Shown here piece by piece: positions 18,013 through 29,361 of a stretch of DNA of 64,000 nt. The notes below the pieces were generated by a model. That model saw nothing but the letters and a program-made list of their open reading frames with translations. It searched no databases and was not told the DNA's origin. Source of the DNA: Clostridia bacterium (GTDB taxonomy: Bacteria; Bacillota; Clostridia; UMGS1840); the NCBI GenBank assembly GCA_017468465.1, contig JAFUIN010000009.1, positions 7,113 to 71,112 of the forward strand, written 5' to 3'. The first letter of the stretch is position 1. The number at the start of each line of letters is the position of its first letter. The position numbers were made by a program, and so were the translations under genes.

Positions 18013-19737
18013 ATGAAAGAAGCAATGAAATTGTATGAAGAATGGCTTGCCTATCCAAATCTCTCGGAAGATTTGAAACAAGAATTGGAAGCAATTCGCG
18101 AAAACAAAGAAGAAATTGAGGAACGGTTTTTTACTTCTATGGAATTTGGAACCGGTGGTATCCGCGGAATTATCCGTGCCGGAACCAACGGAATGAATAT
18201 TTACACCGTTCGCCAGGCAACTCAGGGGCTTTCTAACCTGATTGTAAAAAACGGGGATGCCGCAATGAAACAAGGCGTTTGCATTGGGTATGATTCTCGC
18301 CATTTTTCCGATGTGTTTGCAAAGGAAGCGGCAAGTGTGTTGGCGGCAAACGGCATTAAGGTGTATATTTTCCCATCCTTAAGACCTACTCCTATGCTTT
18401 CCTTCGCCATCCGTGAAATGAAAGCGACTGCCGGCATTGTGATTACCGCATCTCACAATCCCGCAAAATATAACGGCTATAAAGCGTACTGGTCCGACGG
18501 CGGTCAGCTTCCCCCCGAAGAAGCAGATGTTGTATATCAGGAAATGAAACAGGTAGACCTGTTTTACGGTGTGAAAACCATGCCTTTTGAAGAAGGGCTT
18601 TCCTCCGGAATCATCGAATGGATGAGTGCTTCGGTAGACGAAGCATATTACAAAGCAGTCATGAATTTATCTGTAAATCCTGATGCGTTTACCGACACCG
18701 ATTTGAAGGTGGTATATACCCCCTTCCACGGCTCCGGCAACATTCCGGTTAGAGAAGTGCTGGGACGAATGGGGCTTAAAAACCTTACCGTCGTAAAAGA
18801 ACAGGAGTTGCCCGATGGTGCATTTCCTACCGTAAAATCACCAAATCCGGAAGAATCGGAAGGCTTTACACTCGCTTTGGGATATGCCAAAAAAGAAGAT
18901 GCCGACATTATCATCGGCACCGATCCGGACTCTGACCGTGTGGGCATTCTTTTGAAAAATTCCAACGGGGAATATGAAATCTTAAACGGAAATCAGATTG
19001 GTGTGTTAATTGTTAACTACATTTTAGAGGGATTGAAAAAGAGAAATCAGCTGCCCGAAAACGGTGCGGTGATTAAAACCATCGTGACCACCAATATGAT
19101 TTACGAATTCCAAAAAGACTATCCTATTTCTGTTATCAATGTGTATACCGGCTTCAAATTTATCGGGGAACAAATCAAGCTTTTTGAAGAAACCGGTAAG
19201 CACACCTATCTGTTTGGGTTTGAAGAAAGCTACGGCTTCCTGTCCGGCACCCATGCAAGAGACAAGGATGCCGTGAATGCTTGTATGCTTCTGTGTGAAG
19301 CGGCTGCCTTCTACAAAAAAATGGGAAAAACCTTAAAAGATGTGCAGACTGAGCTGTATGAACGATATGGTTATTATCGGGAAGGCTTGGTTTCCATTAC
19401 CCATGAGGGAATGGCAGGCATTGAAAAAATCAAGAGTCTGATGGCTGGCTTGCGTGAGAATATTCCCACCGAATTTGCCGGAGTGAAAACGGTTCTGGCA
19501 AATGACTACAGCGTGGCACAGACTAAAAATATGCTCACAGGAGAAGTTTCTGCGTTGGCATTCACTCCGTCCAACGTGTTAAGCTACGAGCTGGAAGACG
19601 GCACACTGCTTTCCTTCCGCCCCTCCGGCACCGAGCCGAAAATCAAAGCTTATATTATGACAAAAGGCAAAACCGAAGCGGAAGCCCTGCAAAAGAAAGA
19701 AGCCTTTGACAAGGCAATTCGTGAACTTTTGAAATAA
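18013..19737 (+). CDS. Phosphoglucomutase/phosphomannomutase family phosphosugar mutase
   Basis: Active-site loop TASHNPAKYNGYK, metal loop GTDPDSDR, 574 aa. Confidence 0.9.
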   Translation: MKEAMKLYEEWLAYPNLSEDLKQELEAIRENKEEIEERFFTSMEFGTGGIRGIIRAGTNGMNIYTVRQATQGLSNLIVKNGDAAMKQGVCIGYDSRHFSDVFAKEAASVLAANGIKVYIFPSLRPTPMLSFAIREMKATAGIVITASHNPAKYNGYKAYWSDGGQLPPEEADVVYQEMKQVDLFYGVKTMPFEEGLSSGIIEWMSASVDEAYYKAVMNLSVNPDAFTDTDLKVVYTPFHGSGNIPVREVLGRMGLKNLTVVKEQELPDGAFPTVKSPNPEESEGFTLALGYAKKEDADIIIGTDPDSDRVGILLKNSNGEYEILNGNQIGVLIVNYILEGLKKRNQLPENGAVIKTIVTTNMIYEFQKDYPISVINVYTGFKFIGEQIKLFEETGKHTYLFGFEESYGFLSGTHARDKDAVNACMLLCEAAAFYKKMGKTLKDVQTELYERYGYYREGLVSITHEGMAGIEKIKSLMAGLRENIPTEFAGVKTVLANDYSVAQTKNMLTGEVSALAFTPSNVLSYELEDGTLLSFRPSGTEPKIKAYIMTKGKTEAEALQKKEAFDKAIRELLK

Positions 19738-19751
19738 AAGATAATACTTGT

Positions 19752-19788
19752 AAAAAATCCACCGCAGAAATTTCTGCGGTGGATTTTT
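19752..19788. terminator. Bidirectional terminator
   Basis: Perfect palindrome aaaatccaccgcagaaa / tttctgcggtggatttt lies between convergent genes. Confidence 0.75.
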
Positions 19789-19804
19789 CGTTGTATGCGT
19801 TTTT

Positions 19805-20155
19805 TTATAACAGTGTTACAAAGCCATAGCTTTCTAAAATGGAAATATATTTTGCCAGTCTGGGATAAAGAGGTTCCGCTTTTTCGCCAAACTGTTCTTT
19901 TACCGTTTCCCCAAGGGAAAGCAGGTCTTTTTTTCCGTCAATGGCTTTCCAGACGAAGCTCCCGAATTCATCCAGGTGAATGTAGGAGATTTTAGGCTTA
20001 TGAAACAGCTTTTGGGCAATGCGGTTCATAACACCTTTGTTTTCAATCATGAGGGTCACAATGCCTTGTTCGTCTGCTGTGAAGCTTAATCCCTCCGGAA
20101 TGGAAGGGATTTTTTGTAAATAGTTTTCCCCAAGGTTTGTTTGTTTTTTCTTCAT
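19805..20155 (-). CDS. PqqD family (RRE-like) small protein
   Basis: 116 aa. The C-terminal half ELDEFGSFVWKAIDGKKDLLSLGETVKEQFGEKAEPLYPRLAKYISILESYGFV matches the PqqD/RRE winged-helix pattern. It starts 10 nt after the OPT stop. Confidence 0.7.
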   Translation of the reverse strand: MKKKQTNLGENYLQKIPSIPEGLSFTADEQGIVTLMIENKGVMNRIAQKLFHKPKISYIHLDEFGSFVWKAIDGKKDLLSLGETVKEQFGEKAEPLYPRLAKYISILESYGFVTLL

Positions 20156-20165
20156 AGGATTTCCC

Positions 20166-22070
20166 TTATTTTCGTTTTTTCCATACAGAGAATTTTAAGA
20201 CAGTTGCAATAATAATTGCAAACAGCACCAAGCTCAATACGGTTGCCAGAGTGGTGGGAAGATTTAAGAAGCCGGAAATGTCCAGAATGGAATCCACATG
20301 GAAAATTGCCAGCAGTGCCAGCAGAATGCCTGCCAGGCCTTCACCGGCAATCATACCGGAGCAGTAAAGAATGCCGTCGTTAATAACAGCCTGTTTTTTG
20401 GATTCTTCTTTTTTGGATTTATCCAGTGCCAGACGAACCAGACCGCCCACCATAATGCAAGTGTTTAAGTGTACGGGCAGATACACACCGATTGCAAAGG
20501 GAAGGACGGGGATGCCGACAACTTCAACAACCACAGCGATAAATACACCGATGAATACCAAATTCCAGGGCAGCTGTGCATTCATAACACCTTCGATAAT
20601 CATTTTCATTAAGGTTGCCTGAGGAGCAGCCAGCTGTTCGGAGCCAAAGCCCCAGGCGCTGTCCAGAAGATATAAGGTTCCGCCGATTGCCAGAGCAGAT
20701 GCAACAACCCCGATCACTTCACCAATCTGCTGCTTTTTGGGAGTTGCACCCAGAAGGTAGCCGGTTTTCAAGTCCTGGGAGGTATCGCCGGCGATTGCCG
20801 CTACGATACAGATGATAGAACCGATTGCGATTGCTGCGGTCATGCCGGGAGCACCGCTTTCACCGGTCATTTTTAAGATTAAAGTGGCAATGAGCAAGGT
20901 TGCGATTGCCATACCGGAGACGGGGTTATTGCTGCTTCCGACCAAGCCAACCATACGGGAGGATACCGCTACAAAGAAGAACCCGAACACTACCACAACA
21001 ATGGCACCGATTAAGGAAACGGGAATTGCAGGAATCAGCCATACAGCTAAAGTCAAAACAGCAATGGCAATCAAAACAACTTTCATGTTGATATCCTGTT
21101 CGGTACGCAGCTGAGCACCTTTGCCGGCAAGTCCGATGCTTCCGACTGCATCACGGAAGGTACGGATGATAAGAGGCAGAGATTTGATTAAGCTGATGAT
21201 ACCGCCGGCAGCCAGGGCACCCGCACCGATATAACGGATGTAGGAGCTCCAGATTGCGCTTGCACCGCCCGACTGGAACAGTTCGCCAACCGTCTGGTCT
21301 ACCGCAGGATATAAGGTGATGTTCTGACCGAACATTACAATCAGGGGGATAATTACCAGCCAGCTTAACACACCGCCGGCAAACATAAAGGAAGAAATTC
21401 TTGGTCCGCAAATAAAACCAACGCTCATCACTGCGGGGTAAATTTGTGTTCCGATTTCGCCTGCAAAGCCTTTCACTCTGAAAGCGATTTCACCGGGAAC
21501 AGCTTTTAAGCCGTCAATCACCAGTTTGAAGAATGCTGCAAGGCCCATTCCGGCAAATACGGTAGAAGCGTTTGCACCGCCTTCTTCTCCTGCCAAAAGA
21601 ACTTCTGCACAAGCGGTTCCTTCCGGATAGGGAAGAATGCCGTGTTCTTTTACGATGAGGGCGTTTCTTAAGGGAATCATAAAGAATACACCAAGTAAAC
21701 CGCCTACTAATGCAATCAAGGTGATTTCTATGATGCCGGGTTTTTGTGTAATGCCTTCTGCCGCCCATAAAAACAGTGCGGGCAAGGTGAAAATTGCACC
21801 TGCGGCAACCGATTCACCGGCAGAGCCGATGGTTTGCACGATGTTACTTTCCAAAATGGAGTTTTTGCGCATAATCACTCGGATGACACCCATTGCGATA
21901 ACAGCTGCGGGAATTGAGGCAGACACAGTCATACCTACCCGAAGACCGAGATAAGCATTGGCAGCACCAAAAATAATTGCCAGAAGAATTCCCATAATAA
22001 TTGAAGTCACGGTAATTTCGGGAGTGACTTTTTCTGCGGGAATGTAAGGTTGAAATTTGTTTTGTTCCAT
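20166..22070 (-). CDS. OPT family oligopeptide transporter
   Basis: About 634 aa with about 16 TM helices. Start MEQNKFQPYIPAEK follows GGAG. The sequence style is typical of bacterial OPT proteins. Confidence 0.85.
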   Translation of the reverse strand: MEQNKFQPYIPAEKVTPEITVTSIIMGILLAIIFGAANAYLGLRVGMTVSASIPAAVIAMGVIRVIMRKNSILESNIVQTIGSAGESVAAGAIFTLPALFLWAAEGITQKPGIIEITLIALVGGLLGVFFMIPLRNALIVKEHGILPYPEGTACAEVLLAGEEGGANASTVFAGMGLAAFFKLVIDGLKAVPGEIAFRVKGFAGEIGTQIYPAVMSVGFICGPRISSFMFAGGVLSWLVIIPLIVMFGQNITLYPAVDQTVGELFQSGGASAIWSSYIRYIGAGALAAGGIISLIKSLPLIIRTFRDAVGSIGLAGKGAQLRTEQDINMKVVLIAIAVLTLAVWLIPAIPVSLIGAIVVVVFGFFFVAVSSRMVGLVGSSNNPVSGMAIATLLIATLILKMTGESGAPGMTAAIAIGSIICIVAAIAGDTSQDLKTGYLLGATPKKQQIGEVIGVVASALAIGGTLYLLDSAWGFGSEQLAAPQATLMKMIIEGVMNAQLPWNLVFIGVFIAVVVEVVGIPVLPFAIGVYLPVHLNTCIMVGGLVRLALDKSKKEESKKQAVINDGILYCSGMIAGEGLAGILLALLAIFHVDSILDISGFLNLPTTLATVLSLVLFAIIIATVLKFSVWKKRK

Positions 22071-22142
22071 TATCGTCTCCAATCCGCCGTTTACCACGGC
22101 ATATTTTTTTCGCCGGAATCCGACGCAAACTTCGCTTATTAT

Positions 22143-22171
22143 AGTATACTTGTTTTTGATTGTTTTGTCAA
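22143..22171 (-). promoter_or_regulatory. Sigma-A promoter of the OPT-PqqD operon
   Basis: On the minus strand: TTGACA (22171-22166), 17-nt spacer, TATACT (22148-22143). Confidence 0.65.
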
Positions 22172-22222
22172 GATTTCAAGGTGTGATTCCTTATATTTTT
22201 TCCCGCTTTTCTTTTCTTATAC

Positions 22223-22265
22223 AAAAAAGGAGCTGCTGTCAAATGAACTTCACTTGACAGCAGCT
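22223..22265 (-). terminator. Intrinsic terminator after the zinc-ribbon gene
   Basis: Stem agctgctgtcaa / ttgacagcagct, with a T-run on the minus strand (22228-22223). Confidence 0.7.
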
Positions 22266-22278
22266 TTCTCCAAAAAAA

Positions 22279-22695
22279 TTATGATTTTCTGATAAATTCG
22301 TGATGGCATTTGGTACAGTTGATTTTCAGCTTGCCTTTTCCCTTTGGCACCGACAGCCAGGCTTTACAATTTGGACACTTAAAATATTTTTTGATGTGAC
22401 GTTCCGCATGTATTTTTTGGTACAGAGCAATTTTTTTCTTCATTTTTTGCGACAAATTGGAATAGGCGTATAATTCCTTCCGCCGTTTGTCAAAATTGCG
22501 GGAGAACATGCGAAACAGTGCATAAATTAAGATGATGGTTCCCGCCAGACGAAGGAAGCCCATGTTGCCAAAGGAGGAAACAAGGGTACAAGCACAGGAT
22601 ACAATCACAAGCGGCAGGGTGAGAGCATCCACCCCGTAGCGGCCTGCCATGAAGCCGGATAGCCCATATCTTAATTTTTCGAAAAAGCGTTGCAT
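22279..22695 (-). CDS. Membrane protein with a C-terminal zinc ribbon
   Basis: Start MQRFFEK follows AGGAGA. It has two TM helices and a CPNC...CTKC zinc-ribbon motif. Confidence 0.6.
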   Translation of the reverse strand: MQRFFEKLRYGLSGFMAGRYGVDALTLPLVIVSCACTLVSSFGNMGFLRLAGTIILIYALFRMFSRNFDKRRKELYAYSNLSQKMKKKIALYQKIHAERHIKKYFKCPNCKAWLSVPKGKGKLKINCTKCHHEFIRKS

Positions 22696-22881
22696 AAAAA
22701 CATCTCCTATCAAAATTCTTTCCCTATTATAACATGCTTTTTTGAAGTTTGTGAGAACTTTTTTAATTCTCTTAAAAAAACTCATGCAAACTTCAAAATG
22801 TCTTCACATTATTTTCACAAACAGATGGTATTCTAAAAACGAAAACGGAATAAAATACAAACAAAGAAGGAAGGTTATTAT

Positions 22882-24138
22882 ATGGATTATCAGAATTTTC
22901 ATTTTGACAGGGAACAAAAAGCCCCGGAAAATAATAATCATTTATATCACATATCTTATCAGGAACCAATCTATTCCCAACCTCTTGTAAATCAGAAAAA
23001 ACAAAAACGCGGTGTGGCATTGCTGTTGGCGTTTGTGATTGGTGTTGGTGCAACCTCGTTGGCATCCTTTTTCGCACTTCCCAAATTGGTACAACGGGAG
23101 GTTGCCAAGGTGTCCGGCTCTTCTTATTCCTTAAATGTTGCGCCCAATCCTTCTATGACAGCAGAGCAGGGCGGTGCCACACAGGTGGCCAATAAAAAGC
23201 TGCTCACTGTTGTGGAAATTGCCAGAAAGGTCGGACCCACTGTTGTTGGAATTAACACCAAGGTGCAGCGGCAGACCATTTTCGGTATGCCTACTACCTC
23301 GGAAGGCTCCGGCTCCGGTATTATTTTAAGTCAGGACGGATATATCGTAACCAACAACCACGTTATTGAAGGTGCATCCGAAATCACAGTTTTGTTAAGT
23401 GACGGCACCGAGCTTGCTGCCAAGCTCGTGGGGGGCGATGCCAGAACCGACTTGGCAGTGGTGAAGGTGGAAGGTACAAATCTGCCTTATGCAACGCTGG
23501 GCAATTCCTCCGAGCTTCAGGTTGGTGAGCTTGCTGTTGCCATCGGAAATCCGCTTGGAAACGAGCTTGCAGGCAGTGTAACAGGCGGCTATATCAGTGC
23601 GTTGAACCGCTCCATTACTGTGGATGACCAGAAGTTTAACCTGATTCAGACCGATGCTGCCATCAATCCCGGAAACTCCGGTGGGGCATTGGTGAACAAC
23701 TATGGTGAGGTCATCGGCATTAACTCTGTTAAAATGTCTGCATCCGGTGTAGAGGGAATTGGCTTTGCCATTCCCATTGATGAAGCAAAACCCATCATTG
23801 AAGATTTGAAAAACGACGGCTATGTAAAAGGCAGACCGGTTATCGGTATTGCCGGCAGAAATGTGACCAAGCAGGATTCGGAATATTATGGCATTCCCGT
23901 TGGTATTTATGTTATGGAATTAACCCCCTATTCTGCTGCAGAAAGAGCGGGCATTAAAATTTCTGACGTCATTACCGAGGTTGACGGTGTCAAGGTAGAA
24001 ACCATTGACCAGCTCAATCAGGAAAAAGAAAAACACAAAGCAGGCGACAACGTAACCTTAACTGTTATCCGCGGTGAGGATACTTTGAAAATCAAATTGA
24101 CCTTACAGGAGGATAAACCGGTTTCTCAGGTTAATTAG
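22882..24138 (+). CDS. htrA: HtrA/DegP family serine protease (S1C) with a PDZ domain
   Basis: N-terminal TM anchor, catalytic motifs TNNHV, DLAV and GNSGGAL, and a C-terminal PDZ domain. Confidence 0.9.
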   Translation: MDYQNFHFDREQKAPENNNHLYHISYQEPIYSQPLVNQKKQKRGVALLLAFVIGVGATSLASFFALPKLVQREVAKVSGSSYSLNVAPNPSMTAEQGGATQVANKKLLTVVEIARKVGPTVVGINTKVQRQTIFGMPTTSEGSGSGIILSQDGYIVTNNHVIEGASEITVLLSDGTELAAKLVGGDARTDLAVVKVEGTNLPYATLGNSSELQVGELAVAIGNPLGNELAGSVTGGYISALNRSITVDDQKFNLIQTDAAINPGNSGGALVNNYGEVIGINSVKMSASGVEGIGFAIPIDEAKPIIEDLKNDGYVKGRPVIGIAGRNVTKQDSEYYGIPVGIYVMELTPYSAAERAGIKISDVITEVDGVKVETIDQLNQEKEKHKAGDNVTLTVIRGEDTLKIKLTLQEDKPVSQVN

Positions 24139-24175
24139 TTGCTGTTTTAACAAGAATCATATTTTTTGAAAGTTC

Positions 24176-24229
24176 AAGGAGCTGCTGCAAAATGAATTTC
24201 ATTTTGCAGCAGCTCCTTAATATTTTTAG
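24176..24229 (+). terminator. Intrinsic terminator after htrA
   Basis: About a 20-bp perfect palindrome aaggagctgctgcaaaatgaa / ttcattttgcagcagctcctt, followed by a T-rich tail. Confidence 0.75.
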
Positions 24230-24320
24230 GATTCCGGCAGAGGATAAACACTGCTGCCGATACTCCCTTAGTTATTTGTGGGCAATCGCTCTCATGACAG
24301 CTTCCTTCAAGAGAGAGTCG

Positions 24321-24355
24321 GAGATTCTTCGTCGCTTGCGCTCCTTAAGCATGAT
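24321..24355 (+). repeat. 35-bp GC-rich intergenic repeat, copy 1
   Basis: gagattcttcgtcgcttgcgctccttaagcatgat differs at about 4 positions from copy 3. Confidence 0.8.
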
Positions 24356-24417
24356 GGAGGGAAAACAGACTCCTCGGAATAGAAGGGAAACAGCCAGCAG
24401 TTAAAATCACCAAGTGT

Positions 24418-24452
24418 GTCATTCCGAGGCGCCCAAGGCACCGAGGAATCTC
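24418..24452 (-). repeat. 35-bp intergenic repeat, divergent inverted copy 2
   Basis: gtcattccgaggcgcccaaggcaccgaggaatctc has the ends gtcat...gaatctc, which are the reverse complement of the ends of copies 1 and 3. Confidence 0.6.
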
Positions 24453-24481
24453 TTTGTAGTGATAGCATCTATTTTGAAAAA

Positions 24482-24516
24482 GAGATTCTTCGTCGCCTGC
24501 GCTCCTTAAACATGAC
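24482..24516 (+). repeat. 35-bp GC-rich intergenic repeat, copy 3
   Basis: gagattcttcgtcgcctgcgctccttaaacatgac. Confidence 0.8.
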
Positions 24517-24523
24517 AGAAAGA

Positions 24524-24563
24524 AAACAGCCGCCACCGTTCTATAACACGGTGACGGCTGTTT
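24524..24563. terminator. Terminator for the convergent minus-strand gene
   Basis: Stem aaacagccgccaccg / cggtgacggctgttt lies adjacent to the stop at 24583. Confidence 0.6.
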
Positions 24564-24582
24564 CTATAAGGATGGTTTTTTA

Positions 24583-25614
24583 TTATTCAGCGATTACAAT
24601 TTCAATCGCAGCACTCTGGGGAGGTAAGCTGAAGGTCATTGCTTCCTGATGGGTGCCGGAGATTTTCATGCCTGCTTCTAAATCGTCAAATTTATAAAGG
24701 CTTTTGTTCATTGCATGGTGAATGTTGGTTTCTTCAGAAACAACCAGTTTGATTTCGCCGGTTTCGCCTTCTACCAGGATGAAGTCTTCGCCCACTTCTT
24801 TAATGGTGCCGGAAAAAGCAACTGCTTTTACTTCGGGAGTGTTCACTTCTTCATACAGTGCAACGCTCATAACATTTAACGCTGCAGCCTGTGCGGGAAG
24901 GCTCTGGGAAACCGCATTATCAACATATTCTACCATAAATTCGGTATCTTTTTTAATGTCGGAAAGAGCGATGCCCTGGAATACAGTTTCTTCAGAGAAG
25001 CTTACTACCACTTCGCCTAAGGTTTCATCCATTACCAGCACAGAGCCGTCTTTTACGTCTTCCAGTGCGGTTGCTACTCTATAGGTAGATTCCACTTCCT
25101 TGGGGTCGGTAATTTTAATTTCACCATTCTGGTCAACGGTGCAGCTTGCAGACTGCAGAATGTTTTCTACAAAGCTAACAGGAACGTAGGTTCTGTCATC
25201 CACCAGCTGAGGAGCAATGCCCAGAGATACGGGAGCCATTTTGGAGAAAGTGTATTCGTCTTTGGTGGGATACATGGTGATGTAGTGTGCGCCTCTGGTT
25301 AAGGAAATCATGGTAGATTCATTGTCATAGCCTACTTCGTAGTCCAGCGCTTCGCAGATTGCTCTTAAGGGGAGCATCACGTTGTTGCCTTCTACATAGG
25401 TGTCAGCATTGAGCATGGTGCTGTTTACAAAGATTCTGTATACAGGCTTGGTCATGGGTGCAACGGGAGTCACTTCAATGGGAGCGGAAATGGTCATAAC
25501 ATCGCCCTGCACGTTTACGGTGCCGTCATGGTTGTATTCTGCAAATGCAGAACCGGATGCTAACACGCCGGTGAGTAAAATGCCGGCAACAGTTTTTTTG
25601 AAAGTTTTGTTCAT
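24583..25614 (-). CDS. Secreted protein with a copper amine oxidase N-terminal-like (stalk) domain
   Basis: Signal peptide MNKTFKKTVAGILLTGVLASGSAFA. The domain pattern is VMLPLRAICEALDYEVGYDNESTMISL...DDRTYVPVSFVENIL. Confidence 0.7.
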   Translation of the reverse strand: MNKTFKKTVAGILLTGVLASGSAFAEYNHDGTVNVQGDVMTISAPIEVTPVAPMTKPVYRIFVNSTMLNADTYVEGNNVMLPLRAICEALDYEVGYDNESTMISLTRGAHYITMYPTKDEYTFSKMAPVSLGIAPQLVDDRTYVPVSFVENILQSASCTVDQNGEIKITDPKEVESTYRVATALEDVKDGSVLVMDETLGEVVVSFSEETVFQGIALSDIKKDTEFMVEYVDNAVSQSLPAQAAALNVMSVALYEEVNTPEVKAVAFSGTIKEVGEDFILVEGETGEIKLVVSEETNIHHAMNKSLYKFDDLEAGMKISGTHQEAMTFSLPPQSAAIEIVIAE

Positions 25615-25827
25615 TTTAATTTTCCTCCGTATATTTGAGATTTTTTATTCGGGAATTATGTACCGCATCTCGCGGCTTTCGTGTGTTAAGACGAGGAGGG
25701 ATAAAAAAAGTTCCCGAATTTATAAAAAATTTTTATTTTTTCAAAAAAATGGTAAAAAGCGTTGCAAAGTGGGCATATATAATATATAATGTATAGCTGT
25801 GAGATTATTTTACAGGAGTTTCAAATT

Positions 25828-27159
25828 GTGAAAAAGATACAGCTGTCAGACCATTTTACTTATCGAAGACTCATCCGGTTTATTATGCCGTCGGTCATTA
25901 TGATGCTGTTCACCTCGGTTTATGGTGTGGTGGACGGAATTTTTGTGTCCAATCTGGTGGGCAAAACTGCTTTTGCCGCAGTCAATTTAATCTGGCCTGT
26001 GGTTATGATTTTGGGAACATTCGGATTTATGTTCGGCACAGGCGGAAGTGCTTTGGTGGCAAAAATTTTGGGGGAAGGTGACCGACGCTTTGCAAACCGC
26101 ATCTTTTCCATGCTGGTGTACGCCTCCGGAATAATCGGGGTGCTGTTTTCGGTTGCCGGAGTGCTGTGGATTGATTCCATTGTGGCTTGGTTGGGTGCAG
26201 AAGGTCAGCTGATGGAGGACTGCATTCTGTATGGGAAAATTCTGTTTCCCACCACTGCATTTTTTATCTTCCAAAATGAGTTCCAAAACTTTTTGGTGGT
26301 TGCCGAAAAACCAAAACTGGGGCTTTATGTCAGCATTTGGGCAGGGGTTACCAACATTGTTCTGGATTGGCTCTTTATTGCGGTGTTTCATTGGGGCATC
26401 GGTGGTGCAGCTCTTGCAACGGGTCTTTCTCAGGTGATTGGCGGGCTGATTCCCCTCTGTTATTTTTTGTTCCACAAAAAAAGTGTGCTGCGATTGGGGA
26501 AAACAGGATTTTATGTAAAAGCGTTTGTGAAGGCCTGCACCAACGGGGCGTCCGAGCTTTTGACCAATATTTCGTTGTCTCTCGTTAATATTTTATATAA
26601 TTTCCAGATGATGCGATTTGCCGGGGAAGACGGTGTTTCTGCCTATGGCGTTATGATGTATGTTAACTTTCTGTTTATTTCCATATTTTTGGGATATTCC
26701 ATGGGGGTTGCTCCCATTATCAGCTATCACTATGGGGCAAAAAACCGGGCTGAACTTCAGAATTTGTTTCGCAAGAGTATGATTATTTTAGCATTTTTGT
26801 CAACGGTGATGTTTATCGGTTCGGAGCTTCTTTCCCGCCCCCTTTCCAAAATTTATGTGGGGTACGACGAAGCGTTGTATCAGCTGACCTGCCGTGGCTT
26901 TTTGATTTATGCAGTGTCCTTTTTATTTACGGGGTACAACATTTTTTCTTCCGCATTTTTTACCGCTTTGAACAATGGCTTTGTGTCGGCAATGCTGTCG
27001 TTTTTCCGAACGCTGTTGTTTCAAACGGTTTGTGTGTTGGTGCTTCCTGCCTTTTTTGAGCTGGACGGAGTCTGGTGCTCCATTGTGGTGGCAGAGTTTC
27101 TGGCACTTTTGCTGAGCGTGACCTGCTTTTTTGGCTACAAAAGGCGATATGGTTACTAA
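25828..27159 (+). CDS. MATE family efflux transporter
   Basis: 12-TM protein with the N-terminal MATE pattern (LIRFIMPSVIMMLFTSVYGVVDGIFVS). GTG at 25828 follows AGGAG; the ORF is open from 25789. Confidence 0.85.
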   Translation: MKKIQLSDHFTYRRLIRFIMPSVIMMLFTSVYGVVDGIFVSNLVGKTAFAAVNLIWPVVMILGTFGFMFGTGGSALVAKILGEGDRRFANRIFSMLVYASGIIGVLFSVAGVLWIDSIVAWLGAEGQLMEDCILYGKILFPTTAFFIFQNEFQNFLVVAEKPKLGLYVSIWAGVTNIVLDWLFIAVFHWGIGGAALATGLSQVIGGLIPLCYFLFHKKSVLRLGKTGFYVKAFVKACTNGASELLTNISLSLVNILYNFQMMRFAGEDGVSAYGVMMYVNFLFISIFLGYSMGVAPIISYHYGAKNRAELQNLFRKSMIILAFLSTVMFIGSELLSRPLSKIYVGYDEALYQLTCRGFLIYAVSFLFTGYNIFSSAFFTALNNGFVSAMLSFFRTLLFQTVCVLVLPAFFELDGVWCSIVVAEFLALLLSVTCFFGYKRRYGY

Positions 27160-27303
27160 AAGGCGTTTGTTGTCGGCTTTTTTTCGGAAAAATGTGCAAT
27201 GTTTCCCTTTTGGAAGAAATTTTCATATTTGCAAAAATTTATGAAAACGAAAGAAAACAAGAGAAATTAGAATTTAATTTACAATAAATGGAAATATTTC
27301 GTA

Positions 27304-27332
27304 TTGATAATCTTTTTTTAATGCAATATAAT
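27304..27332 (+). promoter_or_regulatory. Sigma-A promoter of groESL
   Basis: TTGATA (27304-27309), 17-nt spacer, TATAAT (27327-27332). Confidence 0.75.
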
Positions 27333-27335
27333 AAA

Positions 27336-27362
27336 TTAGCACTCACAAAGAAAGAGTGCTAA
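27336..27362 (+). promoter_or_regulatory. CIRCE operator (HrcA binding site)
   Basis: Perfect match to the consensus TTAGCACTC-N9-GAGTGCTAA, immediately downstream of the -10 box. Confidence 0.92.
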
Positions 27363-27390
27363 CACAATTACGAAAACCTATGAAATTTAA

Positions 27391-27699
<309 letters not shown>

Positions 27700-27718
27700 T
27701 AAAAAAGGAGTATTGTAG

Positions 27719-29350
<1,632 letters not shown>

Positions 29351-29361
29351 ACCGACAAAAC

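Noticed and set aside
22223-24229. Apparent repeat family AAGGAGCTGCTG...CAGCAGCTCCTT at 22231, 24176 and (weaker) 38621
   Set aside because: Each is a self-contained palindrome at a gene end, flanked by A and T runs. That is ordinary bidirectional terminators. The shared AAGGAGCTG core is short and needs no further explanation without genome-wide data.
24321-24516. Possible CRISPR array (repeated ~35-bp units with ~60-130-bp gaps)
   Set aside because: There are only three units, one of them inverted and divergent, with irregular spacing and no cas genes. This is a REP-like cluster, not a CRISPR array.
24192-24649. Two ORFs (70 and 77 aa) downstream of htrA
   Set aside because: They are composed of the 35-bp GC-rich repeat copies and terminator hairpins. 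They lack RBSs, and their translations are of the kind such repeats typically produce.
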